Of a stretch of DNA of 64,000 nucleotides, positions 14,889 to 28,123 are shown one piece after another. Location of the stretch: assembly GCF_009914755.1 (NCBI RefSeq), contig NC_060925.1; one strand, 5' to 3'. The translations under genes and the position numbers were made by a program. The first letter of the stretch is position 1. The number at the start of each line of letters is the position of its first letter. The notes beneath the pieces were generated by a model. The model saw nothing but the letters and a program-made list of their open reading frames with translations. It had not been told where the DNA came from and did no database searches. The DNA is from the human T2T-CHM13v2.0 reference genome, Homo sapiens.

Positions 14889-16952
14889 AAACCCCCCATT
14901 TAAAAACTCTCCCTTCCAGTGCTGCTGGCCAAGTGAGCGGGCACAGGCGGGTAGGCTCCCATGCGGAGCCAGCCTTCCCTGCTCCACCCCTTACCCAGTC
15001 TCCCAGCCATGGCTTCTCCCATCAGCCATTTGAGAATGATAAGAAAGGGCACTTCCACATCCGCTGAGAAAATCAGATGAAAACCCGGGGGGAAGCAGTG
15101 CCCTCCTCTCTCTCTCCTGCTGGGAAGGGGATGGCTTCATTTGGGTCACTCACACTTGGAGCAGCCTCATGGGTCAGTCTCCTTTCAAAGCAGTGGGAAG
15201 GGCAGGGAGAGACCCTGGGGAAGGGACCCATACAGAGATGGGCAGGGAGAGGGAACCCACTGCAATCCTCCTCCGAAAGCCTCCCTCTTCTACTAACCCA
15301 GGCAATGCTCAGACTGCTGACTTTGGAAGCTCTTCCAGCAAGTCATAAGTTAAAAATGAATGATGTGATTGCATTAAGAAAAATCTGTACTAAGTATTTT
15401 TAAAACCTCTCTGTTAATTCCCTATTTTCTCCCATCCATTCTGAAACTCTTTCTTCACACTCACGACCACTCCCTTGGAGGTGAGATATGTGCCCTTCTC
15501 CAACGTGTGGAGGGCAGGTAAGCTGGAGGGCATAACTTACAGCTTAAAAGAATAAAAAAGAACACCAAGGACTCTGGAAGTTTTTAGAGCAGATGTGTTG
15601 GTCACATTCCTGTGAGCTGGGGATTGGACATGAGCCATTTGACTGCAACTCCAGGAGGATGCCTTGCTAAACGGCCTCATGCACTTGCTTCAGGAGCAGG
15701 GAGAGGCGGAGGGACCCCTGATGCTGTGGGATTGTTTGGCCCTGGGAGGTGGACGTGGCCTTCCTTTGGGTCCACTGTGTGGTTAATGAGATGGAAACTT
15801 CTCAATACTTATCCCTTGGGGAGACTGGAAGGAGTTTTCAGTGCAGAGGCAGCCAGGGACAGATGAAAAGTGATGTTTGCTGTGACCCTCTCTATCCTTG
15901 CTGTCCTGGGTTCCCCTCCCCCTTAGGAGCCCCCTCCCTGCTCTCCCCCACCTCCATCTCCATCATATTTTGCCTTTAGGTGAGGATGCTGTTGAACCAT
16001 GAGAAGCCAGTGTGAAAAAGTCATAGCTCTTGGCCTCAGTTACAGAGATAGCCTAATGACAGCCCCCATTGCCCCCTTCCCCAAATGCAGGGTAACCATG
16101 AATACTTCGGGAGCCCGCTAGATGCAAACCTGCACTCAGTACTGGAGAGATGGGGAGGAGCAACTCCGGAGTCATGCAGCAAAGACTGGTCCATGGCGAG
16201 ACAAACAGCCCAGCGCCCAGGGTGTTGTCAGAGCAGTAGGCACCCCAGGACTAGGCCTTCTGAGAAAGGAAGTGGACCATGTTTCCACGGAGGTGCCATG
16301 TGACCACATCCTCAAATATTTGAGGTCCAAGGAGGGTAAGAGGAACTTAATTTTTCCTGAGTGTTCTCAAGGTTGAGGCTAAGACCAAGGCCTCAAGTAG
16401 GCTTTCCGGTTCAGCAGGAGTGTCTGGAAGAGATTTAGTTCAAACACTGACTCTTCAGACTGATAAGCTCTGCTTCATCCCTGACAACTCAGCGGTGAAA
16501 ATAGTCTGTAGAAGATATGAAAGCTTCATGAATCTAAGACTGAAAGAGAGCTTAAATGTACATTTCCATATTTTTAAATTACTAGGTTTTTGTGTGTGTG
16601 ATTACACAACTTATTAAGTGGGTTCACTGAAGGACCTATAAACCCAGCTACCAATGAGCAGGGTTTCAGTGATGATCTCTGTGATTTTATTCTTTGACAC
16701 AGTCTTGAGAAGTAAACTAATATAAGGCTTTTAATATAGTAAATGCTCAGTAAATTCTTGAAATGGAAGCTATGGACTTATCCCCATCTCACAAGCCAGA
16801 AAACCAAAGAAGCAGCATCCTAAACTACAGCTGAAAAAGAACCGGCCGGAATCTCGAACATGGCTGGCCAGCTTTTGACCCCGGGGTAAGGATTGAGATT
16901 CTCTGCAATTTGAGATTCTTTGCAAAAAAGCTAGTTTAAAAATTCAAAATGC

Positions 16953-17267
<315 letters not shown>

Positions 17268-17481
17268 TCAAAATGCTATTGTTGCTGTTTTGCTATTGTT
17301 GTTGTTGCTATATTTTAAATATTGTAAGGATAGAAGATTGTAATCATAAAGACAATGTGCTTAAAACGAAGGGAGGAAAAGCCAGGCAGGACCCCAGAAA
17401 GACTTTTGCATTAGTCAGAAGTGGCTTTGAATCCTGGCTTTTAAAAATCTGTGTGACCCTGGGTGAGCTATTGAAACTCTT

Positions 17482-17846
17482 TGTGGTAGATTGTGTGATT
17501 GTTAAAATATTTGCTGCCCTTTCCCATGGAGTCATCCCTGGGTAAAGATTATACTCCTTGTGCTGTTGACATGAGGCTTGTCAGGTGACTGTGTTTCTAA
17601 AGAGATGACAGTGGAAGTGACATGTGTCCCTTTGGAGTAGAAACTTGGTTCCTCCATCTCTATCATCTGCTGTGAGAAAGGCAGGATATCGCAGAGAAGG
17701 GCTGCTCCTTCACCCTGGGTTCTGGGTGGAAGAGGACATGGAGCCAATATGTAGCATGAGTGAGAATAAGTGTCTCTGGCTGTCCATAACCTGAAGCTGG
17801 GGGTTATTTGTTAGTGCAACATAACAGAACCCATGCTGACTGATGT
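17482..17846 (+). mobile_element. MLT1 (I/H/J-type) LTR inserted into a MIR (17400-17481 and 17850-17890)
   Basis: TGTGGTAGATTG...GGAAGTGACATGTGTC...GGGGTTATTTGTTAGTGCAACATAAC...CTGACTGAT; the MIR core is split on either side. Confidence 0.65.
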
Positions 17847-17939
17847 GCGCTTAACCTCAGTCTCCTTATCTAAAAAATGAATATAAAAGAATCTGTCAGT
17901 GGTGGGAGATGGTGGCGATGATGATGATGGTGATAGTCC

Positions 17940-18100
17940 TCTTAATAAAAGCTAACATGTTGCAAGCACTTCTGATGTGCCAGTGGCGATTCTAAGTGCT
18001 TTCCATGTAGTAGCTCATTTGATTCTCAAACAACAAACCCACTACATGGATACTATTATTATCTGTATCTTGCAGACAGGAAAACAGGCAAACAGAGGCC
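17940..18100 (-). mobile_element. MIR SINE
   Basis: AGCTAACATGTTG...TTCTAAGTGCTTT...ATACTATTATTATC...CAGACAGGAAAAC. Confidence 0.65.
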
Positions 18101-18496
18101 AACATATGTGAAGTAAATGGATGGTGGTAGGAAATTAATACATGCGGGCATCCTTAATCTTTCTTTACCTGTGACAGTGGTTTTGGTTATTTTTTTTTCT
18201 ACCACCTGCATCCCCCATTCCCTGTTCTCTGCTCGGGAAAAACTGCATAAGGGTGACTCGCAAAATTGCTGGACGATACACTCCTTCTGGAAGTCCATCG
18301 GCTGTGGGCCATGGGGAGATGTCACCTTTTGTGGGTCTGCCCCCACAGTACCCCAGGCCGCACTGGACCTTGCCTGGGGCTGCTGGGCTGAGGCCAGGCA
18401 TGATGTCTTCCACCCTGGGACTAACTTCTTTAGAGTGAGGAGTTAAAATCTATGAACTTATGCTTAGCACTGTCCCATAGTCCTATAATTTCTCTA

Positions 18497-18794
18497 TTTT
18501 TTTTTTTTGAGACAGTCTTACTCTGTCACCCAGACTAGAGTGCAGTGGTGCTAATATAGCTCCTCAAACTCCTGGGGTCAAGTGATCCCCTCAGTTTAGC
18601 TTCCTGAGTGGCTGGGACTACAGGCTCACACCATCACAACTGGCTAAATATATATATATATATATATTTAGTTCTGTGAGATGGGGTCTTGCTATATTGC
18701 CCAGGCCTTGTCTCAAACTCCTGGCCTCCAGCAATCCTCCCACCTTGGCCTCCCAAAGTGTTGAGATTACAGGCATGAGTCATCACACCCAGCC
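18497..18794 (-). mobile_element. AluJ SINE with (TA)n in the linker
   Basis: Poly-T, right and left arms, J-type CAATCCTCCCACCTTGGCC. Confidence 0.9.
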
Positions 18795-19499
18795 TCCCTA
18801 ACTTCATAGAGGCCCTATTGTTTCCTGTGGTTCATTTTAATCAAATGAAATTTTCTTATCATAGAGGCAAACTCAAACCATTTGCAAAAAACATAACTTG
18901 GGAATTTTGAGTGAGACCTGGGTTAGAAAGAGATTGCCTGTGACTTTTCCTTTGTCACAGCCTAGGGCAGTAGTTAGTACAAGGATCTTTACATAGAACA
19001 GCTGCTTCATGTAAACATCACCGAAGCCTGGGGTGAGTTAGAAAGTCATAATTTAAAATGCAGTGATTTCGAGGTTAGATTTCTCCTCCTGAAAAATAAT
19101 GATAATCACCTCTCACTTCACAGTGCTTTGAAGGCTAAACATTTATAGTCCAATATGACTCACCCATTCTTACAAGGTCCTTTAATGGTGCACGCTACAT
19201 GGTGCTGCTGGACAGTGTGAGGCACACTCACGTGTGTGTGCTGGCAGATGAAGCCCCTGCTCCTTTAATCATTTTATCTTGTTTGGAAGAAAACACATGT
19301 ACATTCTGGAAAGTGAAGCAATTTCACTGCCATCTGAGTGACAGAAACTGTAAACATGGGTATAATAATCTCAGGAGGAAAGATGGAACCCCCAGTACCC
19401 TAAGGTTTACCTGCGTGAGACTAAGCTGGGTCGTTCTCCACAAACATACTCCTCTTTTGTCTTCCGTGTCTTGGAAAATGACACCTCTATTCAGCAGTC

Positions 19500-20830
19500 T
19501 GAAATTTGGGAGCCCTTCTTGACATTGTTTTCCATCCCCTCTACATCCAATCCACCACCATGTCCTATTTATCCCATTCATTCCACCTTTAAGACATTTC
19601 ATCCATCTCCTGCTCTCCATTGGGTCCGACCCACCACCTGCTCTCCTTTCACTTATGAAATAGCCTCCTAAAATCTCCTGGCTTCCAAGTCATCCTCTCT
19701 TCAGCAGCAAGCAGATCTATAACCCCTATCCAGTCTGGAAGGCCCTGTGTGGTTACAGCAGATGGTTAGTCAGATATGAGCAGAGCAGGAGAGGACCCCC
19801 CACAGGAATGTCAGGCAGCCATCAGGTGATGGTCAGGCGGTTGTTAAGCTGTCTCTCTAAAATAGACACACCTGAAGCTGGTGATTGGCAGCTTCCTGAT
19901 AAGATTGCAGGAGTTGGGCAAGTAGACTCAAGCACATGCACTAAGAGGCAAAATGGTGGAGTTTAACTAGTCTATGACCTTCCTCTAGGAACACTCAACT
20001 ACTAAGGGGAAAATGCCTCAAGGGAGCATGTGCACAGCTTCAGTGAACACTCTGTGCACGGGGCCCCTCCCAAGTGCTGGCAGGCCACACTCCTGTGGAT
20101 AGCCCACCCCAAGGGAAGAATCCAAGGAGAAGGGAGCAATCCCCCAGAAGCAGGCCAATGTATAAAACTCCAAGTCAAAGGTCAAACAGCGCACTTGAAT
20201 CTCTCAAGTCACCCACTTAGCCCTCTTCCAAGTGTATTTTACTTCCTTTCATTCCTGCTCTGAAACTTTTTGATAAACTTTCACTCCTGCTCTAAAACTT
20301 GCCTCAGACGCTCCCTCTGCCTTAGGTCCCTCAGTTGAATTCTTTCTTCTGAGGAGGCAAGAATTTAAGTTGCTGAAGGCTTGTATGGATTCGCTGCTGC
20401 TAACACAACCCTGCTTCTTTCTCCAGTGTCACCTTTTGTCCTTCTTTCCTTAATAGATGACACTCCAGCCCCTCGGGTTTGTATCAGTTCCTCCCATAGG
20501 CCAAGGGCTTCCCCACCGTGGTGCCCTGCACATCCCTTCTGTTAGTCCTTCCCTGGCCAACTTCTGCTCATCCTCCATGTGTCAGCCCAAAAGTCACTTC
20601 CTCAAAAAAGTTTTCCCTAATCATAACCCCCCATCAAAATCTGATTCTCCTAACATAATATTTTGTTTTCATAATTTGTGATTATTTCTTTATGGAATAC
20701 TTAGTATTTGCTCAATATCACCCTACCACCCTAGACTTTATGTCACAGGACCAAAGCCATAGCTCATTGTTCATCACTATATTCACAGTGAAAGCATAGT
20801 TTTTAAGAAGGAGCTGTGTGTGAGTGAGAA
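19500..20830 (+). mobile_element. L2 fragment, split by MER50
   Basis: ACATCCAATCCACCACCATGTCCT...AATAGCCTCCTAA before the LTR and AAAGTCACTTCCTC...TGTTCATCACTATATTC after it. Confidence 0.55.
19751..20405 (+). mobile_element. MER50 (ERV1) solo LTR, copy 1
   Basis: GGAATGTCAGGCAGCCATCAGGTGATGGTCAGGCGGTTG, CACTAAGAGGCAAAATGG, TATAAAAC, ends TAACA; colinear with the copies at 30455 and 47947. Confidence 0.85.
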
Positions 20831-20927
20831 GGTAGGTGTTTTCCTACCCTGTAGGTAAGGGAGCAGTCCTGAGGCTTGTGAGGAGGGAAAAGGCATGGTG
20901 AAAGGACACCATAAAAACACTATTTAG

Positions 20928-21070
20928 AGCCGGGGAAGTCGTCTGCACTTGTAGTTCCAGCTATTTGAGAGGCTGAGGCAGGAGGATTGCTTGGACTCAG
21001 GTGTTCAAGATTAGCCTGGGCAACATAGTGAGACTCCATCTCAAAAACAAAGAAACAAACCCAAGAACAA
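20928..21070 (+). mobile_element. FLAM (free left Alu monomer)
   Basis: Single monomer GAGGCTGAGGCAGGAGGATTGCTT...AGCCTGGGCAACATAGTGAGAC with an A-rich tail. Confidence 0.8.
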
Positions 21071-21601
21071 AATAGACTATTTAGGTGAGCTGTGTTGACA
21101 TGATAGAGATTTAGGCCAGTTGGGAAGCTGTTGTAGTTTTGACAAGTGGGAAGGAAGACGGGGCATGTTTCATGTGTGTTGACTGAAGACAACAGTGAGT
21201 TATTCAAGGGTAGATGTCCCAGACACAAGACAAATGGGAATTTAAGCATGCAAAAGAAAACAAAATGGAAGATACAGGATTTAAAAAGTCACTCTAAGGT
21301 TCAATGTTCTCACGAGTAGAATCTTTCCTAATACCATTAAAGGTAACCTTCCTGTTACTTTGGTTTTCCTTTAAAATTTCACTTCATATTCCTCAAATGG
21401 TGGTAGCCTCTGCATGACACCAGTGAAAACACATGGCCAAGAGAAAGAACCATGGTGATTCCACTTGGTAAGCTGTCTGGCAGTGCAGCAAGATATCAGT
21501 TGGATCTAGGAAGTAGCAGCGCTCTTCCAATGGGTAGACATTTCTTACATCTCATTTGGTGTGCTCTGTGAATTCCTCCTTCTCTAAGCATCCCCTTTTC
21601 T

Positions 21602-21835
21602 GTGACGTCTCCCTGACCCCTGTGGACATGGTGGATATCCCTTCCTTGGTGCCCAGGCATGGAGGCAGTGTCCCCAGCGGTGACATCTCCCTGACCCCTG
21701 TGGACATGGTAGATGTCCCTTCATCAGTGCCCAGGCATGGAGGCAGTGTCCCCAGTGGTGACGTCTCCCTGGCTCCTGTGCACATGGTGGATGTCCCTTC
21801 CTCGGTGCCCAGGCATGGAGGCAGTGTCCCCAGGG
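21602..21835. repeat. Tandem repeat, 78-bp unit x3 (minisatellite)
   Basis: Units start at 21602, 21680 and 21758: GTGACRTCTCCCTGRCYCCTGTGSACATGGTRGATRTCCCTTC...GTGCCCAGGCATGGAGGCAGTGTCCCCAG. Confidence 0.95.
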
Positions 21836-22514
21836 GAGCAGCCGCCTCACTCCATTGTACCATCCCCTCTTCTGGCAGCTATACCTGGGTTCTCGCCCAT
21901 ATTGATTATGGCCTTAGTGATAACCCTCTGGTTCTCAGTCCCGTGTCCACCTACTCAGGCTAAGTGACTCCTTTCCTGTGGTCCTAGAGAAGTAAAATCC
22001 TTTCCGTTTGGGCCCCAGCACTGACTATTTGGCTTACAGTCAAAAAGACTCTCCACAAACTCCCCACCCCACCCCCACCCCACCTCCTGGTCTGCTGGGA
22101 ATTTATGTTCTCAGCATCCGGGATGATCAGTGTCTCCCTCCCCTGCCTCTTTCCCATCTTTTCCCCTTGCCCTTGTCTTGGTTAGGAGCCCTCATTTTCT
22201 CAGCCACTCCTTTTCCTGGCTGCCCAGTTGCTCACGCTTATTGTCCCTTCCTTCCCAGACGCTGTTCACAATGTACTTCCCAACTTCTGTCATGTTTGGT
22301 GGAGTGCATTTGCACATGTAAAGAGCCCTTATGTTTTCCAGAGACATTCATGTGAATTTCCAATGATATTTTAAAACACTTGTGAACACTCTTTGCATTT
22401 TATCCCGGAAATTTCCCACATTGTTTTATCTTCCATTCTACAGAAATCACTTTCAAAGAGAAGGAAGAAATGGAAAGAAAGCAAACATTTTATATGGTCA
22501 CTCTACTAGATACA

Positions 22515-23180
22515 TTTATTTATTCATTCAACAAATATGTATTGAGCTCCTAGTGTGTGCCAGGCTCTATTCTAAAGGCCGAAAACATAACTGTACACAA
22601 GATAGGCAATGTGCCTGCTGCTACAGTGTTTGTGCTTTATTGGGGAGAGGCAGACACCAGGGACATTTATAAACATATAATACATCATGCAGTGGCAAGT
22701 GCCATGAGTAATATAAAGCAAAGAGGTAGGGAAAGGGAGGATAAGAAGGCAGCCCTATGAAGGCCACACTTGAGCAGAAAGCTGGGGGAAGAGAGGGAGC
22801 CCGGTGGACACGTGAGGGGAGACGCTGTGGAGAGAGCAGTCTGTGCTAAGGGCCCTCATGAAGCAGAATGGCCAGACCACACAGAGGGAGGCCATGGCCA
22901 AGGGAAGGAGAGAGGTGGAAAGCTTAAGAGGTAAGAGGCTGCAAGCATCTAATCCTGCGGGGCTTTGCAGTTCATGGTGTCGACCTTAGCTTTTACTCTG
23001 AGTCAGACTGAAAACCATTTGAGGGTTTTTGACAAGTTGGTGACAAAATCCTGGTTTTAAAGAGCCTCCTGGCTGTAGTATGAAGAGAGACTGCAGATGT
23101 GGGAGTGGGGCCTTTGAGGAGGTGATTGCAACAACCCAGCAAAGAGATGACAGCGACTTGGGGAGGCCTAGTGTATGAGA
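22515..23180 (-). mobile_element. L2a 3' end
   Basis: TTCATTCAACAAATATGTATTGAGCTCCTAGTGTGTGCCAGGC terminal signature in antisense, with continuing L2 sequence. Confidence 0.8.
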
Positions 23181-24119
23181 TGGCCAGATTTCTCCTATTG
23201 TCCTGTGATGAAATACAGATTTGTAGTGAGGATTATTATCATTATCATGAAGAAAGGGAGGCTGAGAGAGGTAAAGTGTCTTGTGCAAAGTCACTCCACT
23301 GCTGTGAGAATCCCACTTATAAGGACACGCTTTCACTCTGACATGTGCTTTCAGGAAGCACGTTGCCCAGGGACTCTCCCTCCTCGTCTCCCTCAGGCCT
23401 GCCTCTGGGGTTCTAGAATCAATTCTGAGGAAAGCTCTGGAGCCTGAGCACAGACTAGCGTTGTGGGCTCCCAGCTGAGGGTCTCCAGGACAGAAGTAAG
23501 CTAGGGGGTGATTCTGCGCTGCTCAGAAGTCGCTGCTCATCCTTAAGCAGCAACCACCCAGCTGGTGCCCTGAGGAAGGGAGGTTTGGTAGCAATGAGGG
23601 AGTTAATTTTTAATCAGCGGAAAAAAATCACTGAGGTAACACAACCAAAACATTGGTAATTTTCTGCATGAAGTCAGGAGAATCTAGAAAGAGCCCCAGC
23701 CTCTAGCAGTGGGGAGAAAACAGGGTTCCAGGCAGCTGCCCCTCCTTGACATGAGTCAGTGCAGGATGGGTGGCTGATGAAGACTCCACCTGAAAGACGT
23801 TGGTAATTACTGCCTCCAAAGTTGTCCATCTGCCGGTGTGGATCAGAGTGGGGTGTGGAATTAGGAAAGGACCCCAGGGACAAGAGGCCAGAAATAAAGA
23901 ATACTTGGAAAGGTAGGGACAGGGAGCTTTCTTTCAGCCCATCTGGCTAAGAGCCACTAGTGCCATTAAGGAGAGATGAAAAGTAATTCATCTGTGGGAT
24001 ATATGTAGCTTTTGTATGTATAATTTATACTTAATGTTGAACAAATGGTACCTATTTCATCTCTTAGCATGGTTCAGGGACTCACAATAAGCCTTTCTTG
24101 TTTATATATCTTACTGAAT

Positions 24120-25077
24120 TAAATGCAAAACATCTATCTCACAAAGAACTTGGATCTAGGATATGTGAAGAATTCTTAAGACTCAATTACAAGAAGACAA
24201 ATAAACCAACTTTAAAAAAATGGGCCAAAGGTTTGAACACACTCTCCTCACCAAAGAAGATAAATGAAAGGCAAAATAAACACATTAAAAGATGCTCAAC
24301 ATCATTAGTCATTAGAGAAATGCAAACGAAAATCACATTGAGATACCACCACACACCTAGTAGTGGTAACACTTTAGAAATGGACGATACCATGTGTTGA
24401 CAAGTGGGTGGAGGAACTGGAACTCTTCTACGCTGCTGCTAACAATGTAAAATAGTACAACTACTTTGGAAAATAGTCTGACAGTTTCTGCAAAGCTAAA
24501 TATACAGCCATTCCACTTCTAGGTATTTACTCAAGAGAAATAAAAGCATCTGTCCACACGTATACAAATGTTCATAGCAGCTTTATGGTAATGGCCCAAA
24601 ATGGAAAACAATCCAAATGTCCCTCAACAGGCAAATGAATAAGCAAATTATGGCATTTCCACAAAATGGAATGACACTCAGAGATGAAAGGAATACACTA
24701 TTGATACAGACAACAGTATGGGCAGATTTCAAAGTAATTATGCTAAATGGAAAAAAAAGCCAGACAAAAATAACACATACTGTATGATTTCATTTATATA
24801 AAATTCTAGAAAATGCAAACTAAGCCATAGAGACAGAAAACGTATCAATGATTGCTGGGAAGGGATGGGAGGTTGGGCTTGTGTGGGGGAAGGGGGAGCA
24901 AGGTGGGCTTACAAAGGACATGGGGAAACTTGGAAATGATGGAGGCGTTTGTTATTTTGATTGTGATGACAGTTTCACACATGTACACCAATATCAAAAT
25001 TCATCAAATTGGGCACTTTAAATATGTGCTGTTCATTTTATCCTAGCTATACATGAATAAAGTTGTTTTTTAAAAAG
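24120..25077 (+). mobile_element. Old L1 (L1MD/L1ME-type) ORF2 end and 3' UTR
   Basis: ORF 24098-24400 resembles the L1 ORF2 C-terminus (KKWAK...KRCSTSLVIREMQTKITLRYH); 3' UTR ends AATAAAGTTG. Confidence 0.85.
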
Positions 25078-25649
25078 CATGTATAAAATCTGGGGCGAAT
25101 GAAGTAAACAGGTATTTGTCTTCAAAGTTTCACATCCCAGATGAGTGGGTGGCCCCATTAAGCCGCACCCCACAGGATGGCATCTGAGCAGGGCCATTTC
25201 TTCTGGGACTGCCCATACCACATTCCCCAAATGCTCTGGCATTTTAACACTTCCATCAATCATCTCAAGCTCGGGTTTCCAAGTACCGTGTGGCTGTGGT
25301 GTCCCTGTCTGCTGCGGTGCAAACAGGGCTGGAGACTTCCACACCTGGTCTTTACGAATGTGTGTTTTCTGTGTTCAGTTCCTTCACCACGAGGATTTCC
25401 AGCTGAGTCACGGGTTTATCAGTAGTGAGAAGTACACATTCAGGCGAAAGTGTCTGGAGTTAGAGGCAGCAGGAATTCAGCTCTTACAGGCTATCTCTAT
25501 AAATGTTCCACGTTCATATAGTGAAGTGTGCAGAAAAGAACAGTTGCCAAGGAGGTTTACACCGTGTAGGTTTGCTCATAAAAGAAAATTGCTAGGAGAG
25601 CAGAGGGCAAGGGCAGCTCCAGTCCCGCAGCTCTGCCCATTATTGCTGC

Positions 25650-25770
25650 ACAAGAAGTAAATTCCTTTACTTTCTTAAGCCTCAGTTCCTCCATTTGCAA
25701 AATAACCATTGTGATATCTTGCAGAGTTGTTGGAAGGATCCAAAAGAAAATGGTTACAAAAGCTTTTTTT
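25650..25770 (+). mobile_element. MIR fragment
   Basis: CTTAAGCCTCAGTTCCTCCATTTGCAAAATAA core. Confidence 0.55.
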
Positions 25771-25830
25771 TTTTTTGAAGTAACCGTTCTTTACAAATGT
25801 TAGGTATATCCAAGTTTGACTTAAGGGGAG

Positions 25831-26179
25831 TGTATTAGTTTGCCAGGACTGCCCTAACAAAGTGCCACAGACTGAGTGGTGTGAACAACAGAAATCTATT
25901 TTCTCACAGTGCTGGAGGCTGGAAATCGATGTCTTGCAGACAGCCGTCATCTCCCTGTGTCCTCACGTGGTCTTCCCTCTGTGTGTGTCTGTGTCCTCAT
26001 CTCCTTTTCTTTTAAGGGAACCAGTCATATGGGATTAGGGGTCACCCAAATGACTTCATTTTAGCTCAATCACCTCTATAAAGGTGACTGAACTCTATCT
26101 CCAAATACATTCACATTCTGAGGTCCCAGGGGTTAGATCAATGTGTGAATGTTGGGGAGACACAACTCAGCCCACAGCA
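25831..26179 (-). mobile_element. MLT1A-type solo LTR
   Basis: TGTATTAGTTTG...CA ends, 5-bp TSD GGGAG (25826-30 and 26180-84). Confidence 0.85.
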
Positions 26180-26527
26180 GGGAGATTGGTGTGGGTGACG
26201 GGCATCTGATCACCATATTTTTTCCCCAATTATATTGGAAAATGGACAGTATCAAGTATAGCAGAGCCAGTACGGTGTGCCAAAGGTGATGAGGCCCTCA
26301 TCATCACATTTCGCTCGCTGGATTTCGATTTCTATTTTGTCCCTTTGCCCTTTTCTGTGGATGGCGACCAAATCAATGGTGGAGGTCAGATGTAAGTCTA
26401 GGAAACCACCTATAAGGACACTTTCTACTAAGTAGTCCCTGAGTCCCTGGAGACTTGTCCCCCTTTCCTGTCACTCTCCTCTTCACACAGACCACTCCTC
26501 CTGAAGAGGATCAGGTAGTGATGCTGT

Positions 26528-26597
26528 GGCTGCTGTGGGCAGAAGTTGAGGTGAGATCCAGGGGCTGCTGTGGGCAAAAGTTGGGGTGAGATGCAGG
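26528..26597. repeat. 35-bp tandem duplication
   Basis: GGCTGCTGTGGGCARAAGTTGRGGTGAGATSCAGG x2. Confidence 0.85.
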
Positions 26598-27696
26598 TGC
26601 AGAGCTGTTAACATTATCTTGGAGAAAATTAGTGTTATGCAAACCAAAAAGTGACTTTATTTGTTGGACTGTTTTTAGCTTCAAGGGACAATGAGTGATT
26701 TAGAATGGGGCTATTCCCATGTGGTCGTTGCCCATGGAAAGAATGCTGTGGAATATCTGTTTGTCCACTGGCATTTGCTACAACTTAGCATGGCATCTCC
26801 AGATGAGATAGGCAGAGAAAAGCCGGACAAGGGCCAGCCTAGTGACCCTCTTGGGTAAGTGCTCCTGATCACATGTGCAAAATAATGTTTGGGGTGTATT
26901 GGAGAGTTGAAAACCAGTGAGCTCTTTCCTGGACTTGTCTACTAAGAGCTTTTCATTTTCTCTTGTAGCAAACTAAATTGAAGTCCTGGAGGAAGATCCT
27001 GAGCCATGGGAGGGCAGCTCCACATGCCACAGAGCAAATGAGGCAGCTTCACCTCTGCTCTGCTCATACCGTGCTGGTGCTCACCCCTTCTGATGGGAAG
27101 GGTGACAACAAAGTCAGCGGGCATCTGTGGATCAGTTCAGACACAGCCCCCTGCTTTCCTGGCAGGGGCCAGGTGCACATCAGATACCTGTATTGCGTAT
27201 GTCGGAATGGACACCAACTTCCTCTGGGTACATCCCTAATCACCAGCAATAACCCTGAATCATTTATCACAAAGGCCTGCTGCCAAAGCCCTTCGAGACC
27301 CCAGTGAACTGCTGTTGGCTTTCCCTTCTGAGATTTTGCTGGTACATCACAGTGAGCCATCACTACTATTTGTTTTCTCAACTTATTACACTAGTGTGCC
27401 AGCACATGAGACACTAGAAATTTAGTGCAGAAGTCTGTGCCTTTTTCGAGTGTATGTGTGGGCATTTTTCTGGGGAGGGATTTATCAGATTATGCTTGGC
27501 CAAAAGTGCCAAGTATGAGATGCCAATTACTCATTCCACTGTCCCATATAGAACAGAACTAACACAAATTGATAGTGGGAGATGTGGGGGATCTTGGTGG
27601 TTATCTCAAGAATCAACCACAGCATCTAGTGCTGAGCCTTCATAATTATACTTATCATCAACCTGAAGATTTTTTTATAATAAACTAATACACCCC

Positions 27697-28123
27697 TGTA
27701 TTTGTTTCCCAAGGCTGCTACTAACAATGTACCCCAAACAGAGTGGCTTAAACAGAAATGTATGGTCTCAGAGCTCTGGAGGCTGGAAGTTCAAGGTCAA
27801 AGTCTTGGCAGGGTTGGTGTCTTCTGAGGACCGTGAATGAGAATCTGTTCTAGGCCATTCTCCTGGCTTCTAGTAGCCTCAGGCATTCACTCCTTGGCTT
27901 ATAGATGGCATTTGCCCCATGTCTTCACAAGCCTTCCCTCTGTACAGGTTGGCTTCCAAATTTCCCTGTTACATAAGAACACCAGTCATACTGGATTAGG
28001 GTCTACCCTAATGACCTAATCTTAACTTGATCATCTGCAAAGACCCTATTCCTAAAGAAGGTCATATCTACAGGTGCTTGGGGTTAGAACAGCTTTTGGG
28101 CAGACACAGTTCAATCCATAACA
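27697..28123 (-). mobile_element. MLT1B/C-type solo LTR
   Basis: TGTATT...GGCTTAAACAGAAATGTA...TCTGGAGGCTGGAAGTTCAAG...CCAGTCATACTGGATTAGGG...CCATAACA. Confidence 0.82.

Noticed and set aside
21602-21835. CRISPR-like array or repeat-protein exon
   Set aside because: The units are contiguous with no unique spacers, the context is eukaryotic, and there is no splice or protein-family evidence.
24098-24400. 100-aa ORF with protein-like sequence
   Set aside because: It is a decayed L1 ORF2 C-terminus.
25145-25660. 171-aa ORF in mostly unique DNA
   Set aside because: Non-ATG start, Cys/Ser-rich random composition, no recognisable domain or exon context.
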